Shown: piece by piece, positions 58,701 to 64,000 of the stretch
Layout of the letters: each line of letters starts with the position of its first letter
Numbering within the stretch: the first letter of the stretch is position 1
Assembly: GCA_964187785.1 (NCBI GenBank)
Contig: OZ076415.1
Span: 46,376,001-46,440,000, forward strand
DNA from: Amphiscolops sp. MND2022
Taxonomy: Eukaryota
Length of the DNA: 64,000 nucleotides
Direction of reading: 5' to 3'
Made by a program: the position numbers and the translations under genes
The notes under the pieces: model-generated
Told to the model about the DNA's origin: nothing
The model's input: the letters and a program-made list of their open reading frames with translations, nothing else
The model's database searches: none

Positions 58701-61700
58701 TCTTCAAGACACCTGTCGCCACAATGGCGAAAGGTACAAGAAAGAACTGCCTTGGAAACGCGATACGCTACTCCCGAGCAATTATTTCGCCGCATTAAGT
58801 CAACTCCGCATCCTCGAAAAACGCTTTGTAGAACACCCACAGAAAAACGTCAAATTCGATGAAACCTTGCAGAAGGATCTCGAAAAAAGTTTTGTTAAAA
58901 AAGTCAAAATGCAACACCCGCCGCCCCAGCGATATTGGTACCTCCCCACGCATCCCGTCGAGAATCCCAATAAACCAGGAATAATCCGCCGAGTAGCCAA
59001 CGTAGCCTCGATGTTCAAGGGTGTTTCGCTCAATATTGCTCTCCTAACCGGTCTAGTCCTGCTAGCTAGTTTGCTCGAAATCAATATCCGTTCCCGCAAA
59101 CATCCCGTCGGTGTCTTAGCCGACATCGAAGGTATGTTTATGCAAGTTGCCATCCGCAAAGAAGACCAGTCTGCGCTACGCTTCCTCTGCTGAGAAGATG
59201 CTATCGTTCGCCAAAATCAATACATTCGCTTAATCTATGGCGCCACGTGCTCGCCCTGCTGCGCCATTTTCGCTCTCAACCGTTGCGCAGCCGACCTATT
59301 CGACCGCTGTCCCGTCGTTTATGAAGCAGTTTTATGCAAATTTTACATGGATGACTTCATCACGCGTTTGCCAACGGTGAAGACGCTGGCCGCCTCGCCT
59401 CGAATCTACGCACTGTTCTCCAACATGGAGGGTTCCGCCTTACCAAGTTCGTTTCGAATAATCCCGCCGCTCTTACTGCTCTTCCCGAAGAAGACAAAGA
59501 AATCATTCAGAACACAACGAAAGTCCTTGGTCAAACTTGGTGTCTTTCAAATGAAACGTTCACAGCTCCAACGCCGAAAACAATCGACGTGCCACAAACG
59601 CTTCGACAACTGTTCAGCACGGTTTCCTCCAATTTCGATCCTATTGGACTGCTCGCTCGTGATACAACTCAATGTCATTCTTCAGAACCTCTGGAGAGCG
59701 AGGACAAACATGGGACCAGCCCGTTCCTGACGATCTCCAACGTCGCATCAACAAGTTTGCCACACAATTTGCCACCATGCCTAACATCGCCGTTTTGCGT
59801 CAAATAGCGCCCCTGCTCCACTCTGCAGAACTTCACGTTTTCACCGACGCTTCCATCTACGCATTCTAATTTACGCATTTTTCGTAATTTACGCACCTCG
59901 ACCGCCGTGTGACACCGCTCCCTCTCGTCTCGTTTTCGTTCTTGGCACGAGCCGTGTCGCTCCCATCGAGAAACGCCGTGTTCCAAAACTTGAACTCGAA
60001 GCCGCCGTTTTAGGAGTCCGTTTACTCCGCACCTTTCTAAGCACCTCCGAATGTATCTTTTGCCGAGTTCTCTTTTGGATCGACAGTTCCGTCGTGTTGG
60101 ATTGGATCCGAAACCAAAAGAAACTTGAAACATTCGTTTCTCACCGAGTGAACGAAACCGATCAACACACAAATCCGAAACAAAGGAACTATGTTCCAAC
60201 CGAACTGAACCCCGCTGATCACGGAACTCGCGGTTTGAAACCGTCAGACATGTCCTCCAAATGGACAAAAGGACCTGATTTCTTTTTGTAGTTTGTAAAA
60301 GATTGGCCCTCAAGATTGCTCGCAAACCCGGAGAGGTCAATCTGTACCGCAACCGTCGTCAAGTCGCAAGCCGACATCGTTGATATTTTAAGATTTTCTT
60401 CTTGGAATTGTTTACACAAAACAACCGCGATAGTCGGCTCCTTCATCGGCAGTCGCCGAGATCCTTAGTCCACGCCAAACTTTACCGCTAATGATTTTCA
60501 ACTAGCAACAGAAACACTTCTCCGTCAATCGCAGCTAGCGTCTTTTCCAGCCGTTCTCGGAAAACTTTTTCGAAAGGAATCATTGTCGTCCAAAGACAAA
60601 CTCCTACCCCTGAACCATTTCATTGACGAACGCCAAATAATTTGCTCTTCCGGACGCCTACAATACGCACCGTTACCCGCAGCTACCCGCAAGCCCGTCG
60701 TTCTAGTTGCCCAGAACGCAAAAACCTGCCTCCTCATGGTACACTTTCACGAAAACTGCAACCACGTCAGGTCATTTCTGCAAAAACGTTTTTTCATTTT
60801 TGGCGTCCTTGCCGCCCTGCGCACCATCAGTTATCGTTGCTTCCAATGCCGCTGCTTTCGTGCCAAAAACGTCGAGTCAATGATGGCGCTCTTACCCCGA
60901 TGCCGATTTCCACCCACAGATACGCCATATCAGCTCACCAACTATGGAGTTGATGCGTTTGGACCATTCTTCATTGTCAACGGAATACAAACTGAGAAAC
61001 ACTACAGTCTGATCTTAACCTGCCTCGCCACCCGTGCCTGTCATTTGGAATTTTGTCCCGCCTCGACCACGGACTCTTTCATCAACTCCTTTCGACGCTT
61101 CATTGCCAGGAGAAGACAGCCGCAGTACATCTGTTCGGACAATGGACAAACTTTCGTTGGTGCCCGTCGTGAACTTCAGGAAGCCTTGAACGCTGGTATC
61201 CGCACAGCTCTGCAAACTCCTCCCCTAGCATTCGAGATGGAATGGGACCTCAACCCACCGTTTGCGCCGCACGTTGGTGAAGAAAACTCTACACCTTATC
61301 TTGGGTTCCAGAAAACTTACTCTAGAAATGTTTCACACAATCATTGCCGGAACAGAACTCATGCTAAACTCACGACCTCTGACCCATGTTGCCGACTACC
61401 CTGACAACGAAGAACCTCTGACTCACAAACATTTTTTTCCACAGACCCTATGCAAACCTGCCACCTGGAGTTTTCCAGGATTCCAGTTATCAGCTCACGC
61501 AGAAGTCTTGGAAAGAAACTCAAAAACTTGTCAACCTTATTTGGAAGAGACTGCTAATTGAATACATTCCCACTCTGCACCACCGGTCCAAGTGGAACTT
61601 TCAACTACCACCAATCACTGTTGGAGAACTAGTGTGGGTGCTTCGAGACATCACTCCTCGTGGAATTTGGCGTATTGGGCGAGTGGAAGTTTTTTCGCTG

Positions 61701-62030
61701 GGCGACCCGAGTGTGTTCTGTAAAGACAGCTTACGGAACTTTCGAGCGCCCCGCCGTCTCCCTTTTCCGCGTTTTGGCTTCGTGACGGTTCATTCGTCAC
61801 GACTTATTTTCGGAGAGATTTTTCCCGGACCGCCTTTGTCTCCCCTCTCTTCTCCCTGCAGCTTGGCAGGGCTGGAGCATATCAATGATGATTCACAGCA
61901 TTGACTCAACATAAACTCTAAACTATTTTTATCTTTACTTCCTGACTTTTCACGTTTGTTTTCATACTTTTGTTCAAACTGTTGATCAGACTGGTGATTC
62001 AATGAATGAAATATAAGACCTTTCTTGAGT
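55777..62030 (+). mobile_element. Decayed BEL/Pao LTR retrotransposon (~6.25 kb)
   Basis: ~150-bp direct repeats at 55777-~55925 and 61880-~62030. PBS-like TGGCGCAGT at 55932. Purine-rich tract before 61880. Candidate TSD CAAGCA/CAAGCT with one mismatch. Confidence 0.88.
56780..61780 (+). pseudogene. BEL/Pao gag-pol, many frameshifts and stops
   Basis: ELESRFGSPQHV (gag), ALIDPGSTG (protease), ADIEGMFMQV and YMDD (RT), ELHVFTDAS, PKLELEAA and NPADHGTRG (Pao RNase H), GVDAFGPF and SDNGQTF (integrase). Confidence 0.9.
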
Positions 62031-63959
62031 CAAGCTTTAGACAAAAAGCTCCCAAGAGCAAATGCTCCTCAGATACAGATCGGAATTAAAACAAGTTTTT
62101 TTGTTTTGAAATCAAAGCAAAACTTCAAAAGCTATACAGGGTTACCGAAAATACAATTTTGATATAAATAATTGCAAAACATTTGTTTCAAGAACAAATT
62201 ATTGCAAGAATTCCACAATATATTTTTACATTTATCTGAGTTTTGAAACAGTTTCTGCCTTCCAGATTTCCCTGTTATAATGGAGAAATTGAATGCAGTG
62301 GTAACAAATACCAAACTTGATTTAGTTACACGTGAAATTAGCTACCAGTACCAGCGAACCAGCACTTGAAACAATACCGTATGTAATGCGACACATTTCT
62401 ATTTATTCACGACGCAATTCGTAATTGCAGAATAATTTGGGCAATTAAATGAATAATTTGTATTTCGAGATTCAAAAATAAATTATTTTTTTCTTCATTT
62501 TTATCCCAAAATTAAAATATTATTGATAGATTGCAGTTATTTTTGTTGAAATATTTTTTTGGTATTTCTGAAGCTATACCATATAAGGTTATCCTGATAT
62601 AAGGATTTTTGGAAATTTTCGAACTTAAAGACGTAATATCTCAGGCACTACTTGTGATATAGCCTAATAGTGAACGTTATCAAGAATTTTTCAACCGTTA
62701 ACTGGTGCTGTACATTAACCGGCGATGTGAGCTACATGAAACTGATCAGCATGCTCTAGATCTAACTAACGATTGTGATATTTGATTTGAAGTCTTTCTT
62801 CTACCAATTTATCCGAGTAGATCTAGAATACCACACTACTTCTGAGACGAAACACTTCCATCGATCGCCTTCAAAATGGAACTGTTTCTTTATGAAAACC
62901 TGCAAAACGTCGAAGCTTGAAAATGTTGCCAAATGTAGGATGCGTCTTCCAAGCCTGATAAAAGTCGAACATAACAGGGAAATGAAATCTTTTCGGATAC
63001 TATTTTCCGTGAGAGTTTGGAAAATCATAATGAAAATTGGTGGCAGCTTGAAGAAAAAACATGCAAAACGTTCAAGTAAATTCATCAAGGGTCCTCAGAA
63101 ATGACAGTTAAATAGTCTGATACAATCAAAACTTGATAGTTTCAAGTTTTGAAGGATGTGCAATCTTTTCTCGAATATTATGGGTAAGAACTAAAGACGA
63201 AAACATCCATGATGAATGACCACAAAAAATGTGGTCATTGAAGAACAAGGATTTGAGTGATAAATTGATAGAAAGTGATAAAGTGATTTTTTGAGAATAA
63301 TTGGATCCGTTTCTGACAAGCATGTTTCAAAACAATTGTTGACCGAATTTGACCGACTTACCAGTTTTCCAGATCGATATTTAAAATGTCAAAATTCGTC
63401 TTTTATTTCAAATAAAAAAAAACAGTTTATTCTTGGAGAAATCATTATGTCAAAGAAAATCGATTTGTATACCCAAAAATTCGATCGACTACAAAAATGA
63501 AAAACTGCAGTTGTGTCTCAACTTCAAAACACAGATGTTTTTTAATCAGGTTAAATGACTGACTGTGATTATATGAAGTGCCAGAGGATGCCTTTTTCAT
63601 CAACACTGGCGTTTTTTTTCCTGGTTGTTTCACTTGAAAGGTATAAATGTTTGTTTACTGAGTGACTCGACCTTTGAACAATTCACATGTGTTTGGCATA
63701 AATAAACATAAATTGCGCTATCTGCAGGAAAAATATTTCGCTATCATTTCTGTCTGCTTTTGATGCAGTGACAATCTTATATTGACAAATAATACGTTGC
63801 GAGTGAACCCACATGTGCCCAGAAAAAAAACCGATCTCAAATCGTTGTTGTGAAAGTCTCTTCATATGTCGAATTTTTAGTTTGTTTCTTGTTCAATGCA
63901 TTTTAGGACTGAAGCAAGATTGTCTTAAGAAAGAGCCTTCAGATGGATTAGAGCAATTA

Positions 63960-64000
63960 AACAAGCCGGGAACGGCCAACGTCGGTGCCTCGCTTGAGGT
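63960..64000 (-). repeat. 3' end of CTTGTT-terminated repeat (runs off the window)
   Basis: aacaagccgggaacggccaacgtcggtgcctcgc. Confidence 0.7.

Noticed and set aside
62040-63950. Short ORFs after the BEL element
   Set aside because: AT-rich, with no motifs and no consistent splice structure.

Overview
AT-rich eukaryotic DNA with short GT-AG introns, most likely from an invertebrate animal; the species cannot be determined from the sequence alone. There are no rRNA genes, CRISPR arrays or prokaryotic operons. The window holds two tandem paralogs of an uncharacterised spliced host gene (about 1-3185 and 38.3-40.9 kb), pushed apart by a nest of retroelements. The centrepiece is a complete minus-strand Ty3/Gypsy LTR retrotransposon at 8133-31766. 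It is 23.6 kb long, or about 19.4 kb without a nested Gypsy. It has ~1.4-1.5 kb TGTCG...CGACA LTRs, a PBS, a PPT and a perfect CCCGA target-site duplication. Between the pol stop and the 3' LTR it carries ~10 kb of extra genes: an antisense, intron-containing zinc-finger gene that resembles a hAT transposase without its catalytic motifs, an uninterrupted 633-aa tyrosine recombinase, and an unknown ORF that runs into the 3' LTR. The element sits inside an older, diverged relative with the same pol-to-antisense-gene arrangement and the same intron position, so at least that gene appears to be heritable family cargo. Also present: a nested single-ORF Gypsy with no 5' LTR, a decayed BEL/Pao element (55.8-62.0 kb), orphan gag-leader relics, tRNA-headed SINE-like repeats ending in CTTGTT, and MITEs. 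Caveats: a 135-N assembly gap (14363-14497) lies inside the cargo, and all family assignments come from motif recognition by eye, not database searches.
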